NCBI RefSeq assembly: GCF_001194135.2
Contig: NC_068987.1
Location: 107,045,532 to 107,109,531 of the forward strand
Reading direction: 5' to 3'
DNA: 64,000 bases
Origin: Octopus bimaculoides
Lineage: Eukaryota
Part shown: positions 37,152-50,399 of the stretch, one piece after another
How positions within the stretch are numbered: position 1 is the first letter of the stretch
Layout of the letters: each line of letters begins with the position of its first letter
Made by a program: the position numbers and the translations under genes
The notes under the pieces: model-generated
Told to the model about the DNA's origin: nothing
Databases searched by the model: none
The model's input: only the letters and a program-made list of their open reading frames with translations

Positions 37152-37313
37152 TCTTTTCTCTTTTACTTGTTTCAGTCATTTGACTGCGGCCATGCTGAAG
37201 CACCGCCTTTAGTCGACCAAATCGACCCCAGGACTTATTCTTTGGATGGCTTGTACTTATTCTATCGGTCTCTTTTGCCAAACCACTAAGTTACGGGAAC
37301 ATAAACACACCAG
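37152..37313 (-). mobile_element. SINE family B, 3' half (continues into an N gap)
   Basis: TTTTACTTGTTTCAGTCATTTGACTGCGGCCATGCTG...ATCGACCCCAGGACTTATTC...CTTATTCTATCGGTCTCTTTTGCC is the reverse complement of the tail at 39830-39999. Confidence 0.85.
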
Positions 37314-37983
37314 NNNNNNNNNNNNNNNNNNNNNNNNNNNNNNNNNNNNNNNNNNNNNNNNNNNNNNNNNNNNNNNNNNNNNNNNNNNNNNNNNNNNNNN
37401 NNNNNNNNNNNNNNNNNNNNNNNNNNNNNNNNNNNNNNNNNNNNNNNNNNNNNNNNNNNNNNNNNNNNNNNNNNNNNNNNNNNNNNNNNNNNNNNNNNNN
37501 NNNNNNNNNNNNNNNNNNNNNNNNNNNNNNNNNNNNNNNNNNNNNNNNNNNNNNNNNNNNNNNNNNNNNNNNNNNNNNNNNNNNNNNNNNNNNNNNNNNN
37601 NNNNNNNNNNNNNNNNNNNNNNNNNNNNNNNNNNNNNNNNNNNNNNNNNNNNNNNNNNNNNNNNNNNNNNNNNNNNNNNNNNNNNNNNNNNNNNNNNNNN
37701 NNNNNNNNNNNNNNNNNNNNNNNNNNNNNNNNNNNNNNNNNNNNNNNNNNNNNNNNNNNNNNNNNNNNNNNNNNNNNNNNNNNNNNNNNNNNNNNNNNNN
37801 NNNNNNNNNNNNNNNNNNNNNNNNNNNNNNNNNNNNNNNNNNNNNNNNNNNNNNNNNNNNNNNNNNNNNNNNNNNNNNNNNNNNNNNNNNNNNNNNNNNN
37901 NNNNNNNNNNNNNNNNNNNNNNNNNNNNNNNNNNNNNNNNATAAACATGAGTTTATCAAGAATCAAAATATAAAGAAAACAGA

Positions 37984-38100
37984 AAATGGAGAAATATTAA
38001 TGAATAACAACTGAGTTACATCAATTATTATTTATTTAATGATTACTTAATAAATAATAATTGATGTAAGTCATTTACCGTTCATCAATATTTCCCATTT
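37984..38100. repeat. Imperfect AT-rich palindrome, about 117 bp
   Basis: Arms of about 55 bp. The core TTACATCAATTATTATTTATT is matched exactly by its reverse complement AATAAATAATAATTGATGTAA. Confidence 0.85.
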
Positions 38101-39410
38101 CCCCCCTTATATATAATACATACACACACACACTCACACACACACACACACACATACACTCACACACACAGTCAAACGCACTCACATATAACACATAAAT
38201 ACATATATATATAGATATATATAGATATATATATATAGATATATATACTCATATATAATCACATATATATATATACACACATACACACACACTCACTCAT
38301 ATATATATAATTTATCCATACATATATGTATATATGTGTATGTACATTATTCATGTGTGGACCACTACTACCTGTCATGGTACATAATAACATCGTTACA
38401 TTTCGTAAGCTTTCAAAGCCAACCACTTTTAAGGTTAAGGATGACATGATATTAATTATATGTGGCATATAAGTTCCTGCATATTTCTAAATGGATCCTC
38501 CTTACTTATCATTACCATATTCTTAGAAAGATTATTTTGTAAGGCCTCTAGTAATTAGGGAGAATAACTGAACATCGAGAAAATCAAAGTTGAAGCTCTA
38601 CATAAAATTATTGTTTCGTTCCTTATCTTCTGTTAAGCATTGTTTACCAGACATCGTGACTAAACTTTAGAACGAGTGACTATGTGCGATGAAAATCTGT
38701 TAGAATTACTCTACAAATCCCACTCCAATTACAAACTTCAATCTTGAAAAGTATTCATAGGGACAATGTTGGTTTGATATGCAACTGGCATGTTCAAAAC
38801 TAAAACGATATTGATCTTAGATCTGATTATTCAGAATTGATATTTGATTAGGAGACAAAAACCACTAAAATTATATTAAATGAAACCAATGTGACCTGGT
38901 GAGCACGATTTCTATTGGTGACCCTTTTATATGTCTTTCTTATGTCGCTACAACTTTGCCAGAAGATATTACATATGTGGGTTAAAAGTGGCTAAAAGAC
39001 ATAAATTTCATGTACACAAATTGCGTCCACATTTATTCGACTAATTTAACACGTGTCAGGTATGACATATCTCCATAGATTAATTAGTAGTTAGATTTTG
39101 GACTGAATCTCTCTGACATTCACACTACAACTTAAATGAGTAATGACGCATTCATTCCTTGGTCTGCTCTTATTCGGTGTCCTGCAGGAATAATGTAGTT
39201 CCAAAAACATAGTTTCTTTACTGGTGATTTAGAACCACTTCATCTTCACTTCTTGCATGAAAAATTAACCATAGATCGACAGCAAGGTTACTTTTTGTCT
39301 TGTCGGGAACAAAAATAAGGCGCGTTTCCTTCATCACAAATTCGCTGGATACAACGTAGATGAAGGTTGGTCTTGATCTAAATAAGAGAAACAATGACAA
39401 AACTATCTAC

Positions 39411-39999
39411 AAATGCGTGGCATCTTGAGCAAGCCTTGTGAGTGTATTTGGTAGATGGAAACTGGAATACATATGTGTATGTGTATGTGTGTGTGTGTGT
39501 ATTCAGAAGTCAAACATGTATAGTAATACACAAACGGACGGAAAGACAATAAATGTACTGAATGCGTAGACGCACAGACAAACGGTGAAAAAACACCGGT
39601 CACAAATTCCTCATCATGTATCGGTTAGGGCGTCGAGCGCAATTTATTGCAATTATCGATAATATTGCATCTACCTCGGGGGCAATCAGCAAGGGAACTT
39701 GTTGGGGAAGCGACGAGATCATAACAAAACACGATGAACAATACGGAGGAAAGCGGGACAAAAGATACAAAATAAATAATGTATGTGTGTGTGTCTTTGT
39801 ACCTAAGCTTGTCCGCCATCCCCACATATCAACTGGTGTTAGCGTTGGTGTGTTTACGCCCCAGTAACAAAAGAAACCGAAAGAATAAGTACCAGTCTTA
39901 AAAAAACGGTACTGGGGTCGATTCGTTCGACTAAATTCCCTCAAGAGAGCACCCCAGCATGGCCGCAGTCTAATGACTGAAGTAAGTAAAAGATAAAAA
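39411..39999 (+). mobile_element. SINE family B copy with an unrelated about 280-bp insert in its internal microsatellite
   Basis: Partial head (GCGTGGCATCTTGAGCAAGCCTTGTGAG) at 39411-39470, insert at about 39502-39780, and tail (GGTGTGTTTACG...TACTGGGGTCGATT...CAGCATGGCCGCAGTC...GTAAAAGATAAAA) at 39830-39999. Confidence 0.7.
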
Positions 40000-40402
40000 C
40001 AGCAAGAACTGCTGCAACAAGCAACTTCGGTACTCATACGCTGCACCTGTCGATCACCAAAATATGCTTCTTTGCTCAGAGAGACCATTTAACATCAAAC
40101 TTCTCGAATGCTTTTATACATTTATTCTTCGCTGTTATATACACGTATCACTCTCATATGCATCCCTGCTTATACACGTACATACAACTCAAACGGCTCA
40201 CTCGCGGCTTTCGCTATGATCTCATTTCAGATTCGTTGCTTTTTTCTGCTTACAGAGAAAACAGTATCTTGGAGAACAAACGTTTAATAATGGAAACGTT
40301 ACAATGTACGATTTATATTATCTACACAGCTTTCTATTGTTCACTATTTTCAGGATCTGAAAACGATGTGTGCGTGTGTGTGTACTCGCGGGTGTGAATT
40401 TT

Positions 40403-40912
40403 AGGCGTTGTTGTGTGACAGAAAGTTTGCTTCCCTACCACACGGTCCCGAGTTCAGTCTCATTACATTGCACCTAGCACATGATTCTTGTACTATTACC
40501 TGGATCCGACTAAGTCCTCGTGAGTGGATTTGGTTGACTCAAAGAAGTCTGAAGAAATCTGATGAAACTGGATGCAGTCTGTCGTATGTCTATACAAATA
40601 TACATATGTGTGTGTGTGTGTCTGTGTGTGTGTCTGTGTGTGTTTGTGTCTCTGTGTGTGTGTGTCTGTCTGTGTGTGTATGTGTAACATTGTATCTATA
40701 TTAAACTTACATCACTGTTAGACAACTGGTGTTGTTATGTGTAAATACATGTAACTTTGGTGTTCGGCGAAAGACAAGCTACACTAAGTACCACATTTTA
40801 AGAGAATGTGAATGGAGTTGAATCAGTTCTGCTGTGGGCAGAGGACCTAAAATGTATACCCCGTACATGATTTATCAAAACCGAAATGAAGAAAAGCAAA
40901 GAAAATCAAATT
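40403..40912 (+). mobile_element. SINE family B copy, old, with internal (TG)n
   Basis: Diverged head (TTTGCTTCCCTACCACACGGTCCCGAGTTCAGTC...CTCGTGAGTGGATTTGGT), microsatellite and diverged tail (GTAACTTTGGTGTTCGGCGAAAG...AAGTAC). Confidence 0.65.
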
Positions 40913-41666
40913 TGACTACAAGTGAGCACACCGTTATGAAGCTAAATTACTTACCACAAATCAAGCTTGTGCTATAGAATATAGTGAGACCACTCTCAAG
41001 GCTGAAATAGCGTTGTGTTATAGTCAGAAAGAAACGCGTATATTTGATACAGCTCTTCAAAAAAATATGTTTATACATAAGTCGATTTTCACTAAATACG
41101 TTGACCAATAATTGAGTACCTCATTTCCTAGGCATTGCCGGGTGTTCTCCATTTACAATATATCTGTATTAGAGTATATGTCACAAATATATTTTATATT
41201 TTTATGGCATGTATATTTTGTATGAATTGTACATATAATATAAGCATACTACACATTTAATAAATATGTATGTANNNNNNNNNNGTGTGTGTATGTGTAA
41301 CATTGTATCTATATTAAACTTACATCACTGTTAGACAACTGGTGTTGTTATGTGTAAATACATGTAACTTTGGTGTTCGGCGAAAGACAAGCTACACTAA
41401 GTACCACATTTTAAGAGAATGTGAATGGAGTTGAATCAGTTCTGCTGTGGGCAGAGGACCTAAAATGTATACCCCGTACATGATTTATCAAAACCGAAAT
41501 GAAGAAAAGCAAAGAAAATCAAATTTGACTACAAGTGAGCACACCGTTATGAAGCTAAATTACTTACCACAAATCAAGCTTGTGCTATAGAATATAGTGA
41601 GACCACTCTCAAGGCTGAAATAGCGTTGTGTTATAGTCAGAAAGAAACGCGTATATTTGATACAGC
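40672..41666. repeat. Identical 382-bp direct duplication (40672-41053 and 41285-41666), probable assembly artefact
   Basis: The two copies read identically, and the second is bounded exactly by two 10-N gaps (41275-41284 and 41667-41676). Confidence 0.9.
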
Positions 41667-42248
41667 NNNNNNNNNNATATATATATATATATATAAATAT
41701 ATATATATGTATGTATATATGTGTGTGTATATATACACACATCTATATCTCCATATATACATATATACATACATGAGTGTATATATGTAGAGAGAGGGTA
41801 AGAGAAAGGGTGTATATATATATACTTATATATATGCATATATATGTATATATTTCTATTTCTTTATCTATCGATATATATGTATGTTTTGTGTGTGTGT
41901 GTGTGTGTGTATGCGTGTGTGTGTGAGTTCGTAACGCTATTTCGCGTTATGGGATTGGTCGAGGACGTCGGCGGATAATGTGCTTGAACGAAACATATAG
42001 CCAGATAAGGAATATGGAAAAAAGGAAACAATAAGAGACAAAGGATGGAGTGGGTATAGGAGTAGCAAGATAACCTAGCATAGAATGTATACTGCATTAA
42101 TGAATAAGCTATGAGTGAGACATGAAAAATAACAGATTCCATAATGAGACAGTATTTCAATGAAAAAATTGCTCAATAACGATAATTCATTACAGAACAA
42201 AGTCCATAAACACAAGTCCAATACATTTGTGTGCGTTTGTGCGTGTGC

Positions 42249-42308
<60 letters not shown>

Positions 42309-42683
42309 NNNNNNNNNNNNNNNNNNNNNNNNNNNNNNNNNNNNNNNNNNNNNNNNNNNNNNNNNNNNNNNNNNNNNNNNNNNNNNNNNNNNNNNNNNNN
42401 NNNNNNNNNNNNNNNNNNNNNNNNNNNNNNNNNNNNNNNNNNNNNNNNNNNNNNNNNNNNNNNNNNNNNNNNNNNNNNNNNNNNNNNNNNNNNNNNNNNN
42501 NNNNNNNNNNNNNNNNNNNNNNNNNNNNNNNNNNNNNNNNNNNNNNNNNNNNNNNNNNNNNNNNNNNNNNNNNNNNNNNNNNNNNNNNNNNNNNNNNNNN
42601 NNNNNNNNNNNNNNNNNNNNNNNNNNNNNNNNNNNNNNNNNNNNNNNNNNNNNNNNNNNNNNNNNNNNNNNNNNNNNNNNNNN

Positions 42684-42765
<82 letters not shown>

Positions 42766-43146
42766 TGAGAGATACATAGATATAGATAGGCTCATAGTTA
42801 GATAGACAGATACATACATACATACATAAATAGACAGATTCATAGTTATATATAAACATTGATAGATATTGAATAAATATGTATGTATGCACACACGCAC
42901 ACATACACACGCACGTATATATATATATTTCTGTGTGAGAATGGGATTGTATATCGGTACTTAGAACACGAACGCAAATAGTTATTGGAAATATCTTTAT
43001 CCTAATATATACAAAAAAACCTCTATATGTTTGTATATGTATATATGTGTGTGTGTGCACATGGCCAAGCGCTCTCTCGTGCATGGGTGTGTAATCATTT
43101 CCATGTCTTCATATAAGTAGCTATCAATAAACAAGTGGATATATAA

Positions 43147-43181
<35 letters not shown>

Positions 43182-44051
43182 NNNNNNNNNNNNNNNNNNN
43201 NNNNNNNNNNNNNNNNNNNNNNNNNNNNNNNNNNNNNNNNNNNNNNNNNNNNNNNNNNNNNNNNNNNNNNNNNNNNNNNNNNNNNNNNNNNNNNNNNNNN
43301 NNNNNNNNNNNNNNNNNNNNNNNNNNNNNNNNNNNNNNNNNNNNNNNNNNNNNNNNNNNNNNNNNNNNNNNNNNNNNNNNNNNNNNNNNNNNNNNNNNNN
43401 NNNNNNNNNNNNNNNNNNNNNNNNNNNNNNNNNNNNNNNNNNNNNNNNNNNNNNNNNNNNNNNNNNNNNNNNNNNNNNNNNNNNNNNNNNNNNNNNNNNN
43501 NNNNNNNNNNNNNNNNNNNNNNNNNNNNNNNNNNNNNNNNNNNNNNNNNNNNNNNNNNNNNNNNNNNNNNNNNNNNNNNNNNNNNNNNNNNNNNNNNNNN
43601 NNNNNNNNNNNNNNNNNNNNNNNNNNNNNNNNNNNNNNNNNNNNNNNNNNNNNNNNNNNNNNNNNNNNNNNNNNNNNNNNNNNNNNNNNNNNNNNNNNNN
43701 NNNNNNNNNNNNNNNNNNNNNNNNNNNNNNNNNNNNNNNNNNNNNNNNNNNNNNNNNNNNNNNNNNNNNNNNNNNNNNNNNNNNNNNNNNNNNNNNNNNN
43801 NNNNNNNNNNNNNNNNNNNNNNNNNNNNNNNNNNNNNNNNNNNNNNNNNNNNNNNNNNNNNNNNNNNNNNNNNNNNNNNNNNNNNNNNNNNNNNNNNNNN
43901 NNNNNNNNNNNNNNNNNNNNNNNNNNNNNNNNNNNNNNNNNNNNNNNNNNNNNNNNNNNNNNNNNNNNNNNNNNNNNNNNNNNNNNNNNNNNNNNNNNNN
44001 NNNNNNNNNNNNNNNNNNNNNNNNNNNNNNNNTATATATATATATATATAT

Positions 44052-44090
<39 letters not shown>

Positions 44091-45302
44091 CATGTATTTA
44101 TATATATGTACAAATATACATATACACATCTTTGTTTACATACATATTCTGTGTATACAGCATGTAAGAATGTATCTATTCCATGGAGATATCAGCTCAG
44201 TTATTAGATAACATTCATATCCCCTTGTTGAACCATGTATTTCGTAATCTATATTCTGATATTCTTACCGCAGTGTATAGAAGTATACAAATGCATAGAT
44301 ATTTTTTACTTTTTCTTTCGTCTGTATTATATCCGAGTGCCTCCGTGCATACCATTTGTATGTGTGTGATTTAGTTTTATGAAGTCTAGGCCTATACATA
44401 CACATACCTACACACACACAGATATATATATATATATATATTTATATATATGTGTGTGTGTGTGTGTGTGTGGTTGTTATTGTGTGCGTAATTGTGAGTG
44501 GGTGTGCGCATGGCTGTGTGTGTGTTAGTGGCAGCATGTGTGTTTGAGCTATATTCGTATTGTGGGTGTGTGCATATTGTTTGGAATGGCATTACTTTTC
44601 GCTTTCACTTTAGACATGAATATTGTAACCTAACTTTCCTATACTTAGTCACAATTATTCTTCCATGTTGTTTAAGTATCAACTTTTTAAGTATTTCGAG
44701 AAATACATTTGCAACTATTCTCGTTGCTTATATAAAAATTAGTGCTGTTAAACGTCGATAGATAAGTAGATAGATTGATTTAAAGATAGATACACAAAAA
44801 GACAGACAGACAGGCAGACAGACAGAAAGACAGATATATATATATATATATATATATATAGATATAGAGAGATAGATAGAGAGATAGATAGATAGATAGA
44901 TAAATGGATGGCCATGTAGACAGGTAGACTGGTAGATCGATATAGATAGATGGATTGATTGATTCATGGATATACGGACAAGCAGGCCGACAAGCAGACA
45001 TACATACATACAGACCTGACAGGCAGATAGGTAGATAACTTTCTTTACTAGCCACACAGGACCGAACACAGAGGGGACAAAATACAAAGCAGTGTTTTTT
45101 TTTCGAAAAAGGAAAATAAGGAGGAAAATAAAATTCCGATCAAAAAGGATCGCGAGAACAAAAAAAAAAAAAGATCAAAAGGGATCGTGTATCACACGAA
45201 AAAATTTTAAAGTGTAAAAAGCAAGCTTAGGTTTATCCGTGGAAAGAAAAGCCTACGGAAAAGATCACAGTGATCTTTAGACATGTAGACAGGTAGACTG
45301 AC

Positions 45303-45357
<55 letters not shown>

Positions 45358-45362
45358 GGATG

Positions 45363-45425
<63 letters not shown>

Positions 45426-45439
45426 GGATAGATAGATAA

Positions 45440-45481
<42 letters not shown>

Positions 45482-45482
45482 G

Positions 45483-45517
<35 letters not shown>

Positions 45518-45535
45518 GGATAGATAGATAGATAG
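45303..45535. repeat. Long (GATA)n microsatellite with interspersed GGAT variants
   Basis: Direct reading of the sequence. Confidence 0.95.
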
Positions 45536-45780
45536 TGAAAGAGAGAGAGGGAGAGAGAAGAGAGATCAATAATGTGATACAGACAGACTAATAGACAGTC
45601 AGATACACAGACACACTAATAAACAAACAGATAGACAGATCCAAAGAATTAGTTTCACCTTTTTGTTTTCTCTATTGCTACTTTAACGGCATATACGTAG
45701 CCTGTTCAAGCTAATACATTCATTATATCGTACTTATACACTTCGTACTACCTTTCTGTTGATACATTTAAAACATTCAA

Positions 45781-45980
45781 GGCGGCGAGCTGGCAGAAAC
45801 GTTTGCGCGCCGGGCGAAATTCTTACTGGTATTTCGTCTTTACGTTCCGAGTTCAAATTCCGCTGAGGTCGATTTTGCTTTTCATCCTTTCGGCGTCTAT
45901 AAATTCAGTACTGAAGTAGATCTAATCGTTTGGCCCCGTCTCTCCAACATTTCAGGCCTTGTGCCTAGTGTAGAAAAGTA
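45781..45980 (+). mobile_element. SINE family C copy
   Basis: GGCGGCGAGCTGGCAGAAACG...GAGTTCAAATTCCGCTGAGGTCGATTTTGC, homologous to 17993. Confidence 0.85.
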
Positions 45981-46359
45981 TATTTAAAAGTTGTACTTCA
46001 TTGTAGTACGGTTTCGTTGCTCACCCATGTATAAGATGCTGAGAACGCAAGCAGTTTACTAGAAATGACTAGAAGAAAATATGCCTCAGAAACATTTGTG
46101 GCCCGTGTTAGACAGACTTTTTCAGAACACTGGGCTAAGATGATTCTGTGCCGATTCTTTACTTTCGTAGCTCTTCGTTTTATACTAATCTTGTCTCATT
46201 TATGTTTGTTCGAAAACAGTTGTATTTAGACTGTTGAAGTTTTATCAACTGTATCTCTTAGCAACATAGTTATTTCATCAATGCTCGAAGGATTTTAAGG
46301 AGATCCCTCAAGATTGTTGTTGTATGCTGTATTTGTGCAATTCAATAAAGAATATTTAG

Positions 46360-46685
46360 ACCCAACGAACAAATTTAGACACAAAATACCGGAAGGCAAC
46401 TATCATCCGCATATGACCTGGGGTGATCTACATATTGCTTTTAAGCACTTCGCTGTCTACATGTGCATGTCATTGAAACGGCTCAAAATAGCTGAACTGT
46501 ATCGAGCGTTCTTGTTGAACACTGGTGGGAGGAATTTCGTCTCCCTTTCGCATTTTTTGGATTTTAATACATTTCCATTTAAGAAAATGTGTCGAGATTA
46601 CTACATCAGTAACTGTCTGACCAAAGATGTATATAGACTAAGCATGATGCACAGACGGCCAAATAATGGATCTTTTTTCAACACG
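46360..46685 (+). CDS. Candidate internal coding exon of an unidentified gene
   Basis: It lies in a 133-codon non-repetitive open frame. There is a TTTAG acceptor candidate at 46355-46359 (alternative at 46374-46378) and a phase-0 ACG|GTAAGT donor at 46685/46686. No homology was recognised with certainty, and an ORF this long can arise by chance. Confidence 0.4.
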
Positions 46686-49139
46686 GTAAGTTTACAATTC
46701 CTTTCAGTTCTTTAGATTCACACTGTGCATAATACATATTTTTAATCAATAGCTTGTCAACTAAAACCGAACTAGTCAACTTAAACTGCCTACTACGGTG
46801 CTAGTCGAAGTTGTCACTGATCTTTACAATTGTTGACTATTCTATGCTATTGGGTGTGAAAGGAAACCGTAGGTCTTCTTTCTTAACTGATCAACGAGTT
46901 GTGAACTGACTCAAGAAGAAACTCTTCCCTCTTATTTCCACACATTTAAAAACAGAAGATTGTGTTGAAATTCTTATAGTATGATCCCTTCTTATACCAA
47001 TGTAACAATTGTTTCGTTTGCTCAGTAATTTACGACATCTGACAAAGGTCACAATTGATTGACATATTCTGTACACTTTAGATTACCTCACTTTGCACAT
47101 ATTCAGTCGCGGAGAAACAAGACTGCTACATCTCAGATACCTGGGTCAATTTCCACTGTAATATTCTGGACAAGTCTCTTTGAGGCGACATTTGAGTTGA
47201 CCACGATTTATTACTAATTCGGCGGATGGGAAATGTTGTGCTTGTAATTCAGCCGGGCAGAGTGTTCATAGACTAAGACACTGTGATTCTGGCAATGAGT
47301 TATGTAAGGGTACAGAAATTTTGTGTTAGATTCCGGGACGCATATTATAATTCAATTAGCTGTTTATTCCATTGCAAGAACATACCTAAAATTTATTTTC
47401 TGAACCGAATGATGGGCCATTAAATATTCTTATTTAATTCTTCACTTCATCCCCCCCTCACAAGCTCCCGCTCTTACCTTCTCGAGCTCCTTCTCTGCCC
47501 TCCTTCAGCTCCCTCTCCCTCGCTCTCTCGCTCTCTCCTTTCGTCTACCTCGTCATTTTCCACCACTCCCTCCGTCACCCACATGTATGCAAAACATGTC
47601 CATATATACCTATACATATGCATACCTGTATATACATATACAAACATACACCTTCAAAAGCGAATAAACACACGCACACATATACGTAAACATACATAAC
47701 GTATGTCTGCATGTAATTGTGAATGAGTGTAGGTATACATACATACATGCATGCATGCATACATACATACAGCACATGCTTCGTTCTAAATCTTCCGAAT
47801 AAATGAGTGTAAATATATGTGTATATGCGGGTCAGTTTATGTATACGCTGAGTGTATTGGTATTTTCAATTTCTCATTTATTAAATCAGAATACTTTAAG
47901 CCTCACCATGTGTAGAATCTCTATTTTCTAAGTTTTCGGGTAAGTTTGTATCTATTTACAATTTTGAAGCTTTATCCCTTATTTTATTTAGTGTTTGCAT
48001 CAGATAACCTTTCAAAATAATATAAAATTTGATTTCGGCGTAAGATGGGCGAACTGTAATTGGAGGAATAAATACATTGGACGAAAATATGTTTATGCGA
48101 TGTACAGATTTACCAAAAATATATGAGAAACGCTCGCAAGAAATAGATTAGAGGGGGAAAACACATATTGAAAAAAAAGGTGGAACGATGAATGCGAAAT
48201 ACGACTGTATACCCCCTACACACAGCTTCATACACACAAACACACGTATGTATATGTATATATTATGTATGTATGTATGTATGTATGAATGTATATATAT
48301 ATATATTTCTACATATACAAAAATATATACAGTCTCTCACACACACATACAATTGCGCACATACACACATACACACTCACGCATGCACGCACACTCATGC
48401 ACATACGGGTTTCTAGTTGAAGCTGCAACTTGGTTTTAAAATGAATATTAGTATTTCTTCTAAATTTTTGTAATATATTGAATCATGCCGCTTTCAACAT
48501 TTTATTCTTGAATGGTAAATAGAAAGTAAAGAATGTGTTTAAATGTTTATAGAAACTGAATGCAGAAGAAAAATTTACATAACGATAAACCAGGTTTCAG
48601 ACTCAAATGCGCAATTCGTTTCATAGCACAATTACATAAGGAAGATTCAGCTGTTGAATAAGTTTTAAAGAAGAAATTGATAAAGTTCGAACGTTCGATA
48701 CATTTCGTAGCATGATTAGATGACAAGATTCAGAGTAATAACATATCATCAGTTAGGCTTGATCACGATTTGAAGACAAAGGGAATTTTTTCACAAGCCT
48801 TCACGTGTTTTGCCTGTGAATCAGAATGTTTCGTCATAGACCTCACTACATTGAATTAGGAATTCGAAATCTGATAATGTCTTGCATACGTTGGTTTTAT
48901 AACGAAAGGACATGTAATTAGGCCTAGTCAATGCTCGTGCAGCAATTGAAACGAAAGAGAAAAGGAATCAACAAGAAAATGCAATTTTCTTGTTTTAGTT
49001 TAGTCATGCCGCCACGTGGCACAGTGATTATCGTCTTGGCCATTAGATTATGCATTATTTTCTTAGACAAAGCAGTTCGTTGTATTTTTGCGGAAGGCAC
49101 TTCATTTCAAAATGCCCTATAATGAGAACCAGCTAGATA

Positions 49140-49421
49140 TTCAGCCGAGTGTGCGTCTCACGTAACAACGTGGTACATAAATCAATATGTCGTACATCAG
49201 CAAACCATAATCGTCCATCTGTGAGAGAAGAGTGATGGCTGAAATTGCTTTCTTCAACCGTAATTAGATCCTAAACGAACAGCTCCACTTTAAAAAAAAC
49301 ACCGACATATTGTGATTTCTTCAGTATCCAATGCTCTCATAGATGGACGATTATACGTTGTTACCATACGACATATTGGCTTATGTACCACATGGTTGCG
49401 TGAGACGCCCACTCGGTTGAA
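49140..49421. mobile_element. MITE with about 88-bp TIRs and TA TSD (Tc1/mariner-type footprint)
   Basis: 49139-49227 aligns without gaps to the reverse complement of 49334-49422 (blocks such as GCGTCTCACG, GTGGTACATAA, CAATATGTCGTA, ATAATCGTCCATCT). TA lies at 49138-39 and 49422-23. Confidence 0.85.
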
Positions 49422-49559
49422 TAATACTGAACCGTACATGTCAATGGAAATATCGCTAGTATATCGAGCAGATCATGCTACGCGGGAGACGCTCGATCAC
49501 TGTTCTACTTATTCATTCTTCCTTTAGTCTCGAGTTCATCGTAACTGAAAAAGGCACTC

Positions 49560-49990
49560 CAGTTTTAACAACACCACCTTCTCTTCGCAGTCCCAGAAAA
49601 CCCGAGAAACGGAATATGTCACAAACCAAAGAGAAGCAATTACAATATTAGGAACAATTAAGAAAAATTCAAAGATCTAAATCACAATTCGAGGATGGTG
49701 AGTGCGAATGGCTGCTATTTGTAGATGGTTGCGTAAGTACATAGAAGCAGCCATTTTTGGTTCGTACCATCTCACTAATCCTGTTGTTGCTGCAGTTACC
49801 GTTTGACCACAGGAAATCCTTGATAAAATCGACTTGTGTTAAACACGAAATCCAACGCACCACTTTGCTGAACTTTCCCATGTTTCTGAAAATATCAATG
49901 TGTAATTTGAGTGAGAATTTGAAGCTATTTTGGGAAGTTCTAATGACCAAGTGGAACCGCTCTCGTTTACTGCTTACATCTCATCTGATT
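49560..49990 (-). mobile_element. Possible very old mariner remnant
   Basis: RNMGKFSKVVRWISCLTQ resembles the G..K...WVP..LT motif, and FWDCEE resembles VFWD..G. Heavily degenerate. Confidence 0.35.
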
Positions 49991-50346
49991 TAGTTGTGAA
50001 GTGAAAGAACAGCAGTTTCAATGTGTTTGCAAATATACAAAATTCTAAACAAATACATAAGTTATCAAACAGTTAGTCTGGCAACATAATCTGATGGAAT
50101 GGAAATTCTGGCACGAAATGATGAAGTAATTTAATCTACGCAGACGACTCAATGTCTGGATGATTGACTTGTTTGTAGGTCACTTGATTTTGGATGCGTT
50201 TAAAATATTCAACGAAAATCATGGCGTACAAGCGTATCCTTTTCTTTCTCCATGGGAATCTCTCTCGGACTGACTCTCACACGTTCTCTCTCGGTCTCTC
50301 TCTCTCTCTCTTACACACGCTCCGTCTGTCTGTCTGTCTCTCTGTC

Positions 50347-50399
<53 letters not shown>

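Noticed and set aside
39218-39378. Minus-strand exon candidate after a TTTCTCTTATTTAG acceptor
   Set aside because: The open frames are short, no protein was recognised, the donor is ambiguous and there is no partner exon.
41285-41666. Identical 382-bp tandem duplication as a recent biological event
   Set aside because: The second copy is bounded exactly by 10-N gaps and is identical to 40672-41053, which is typical of a scaffolding or haplotype artefact.
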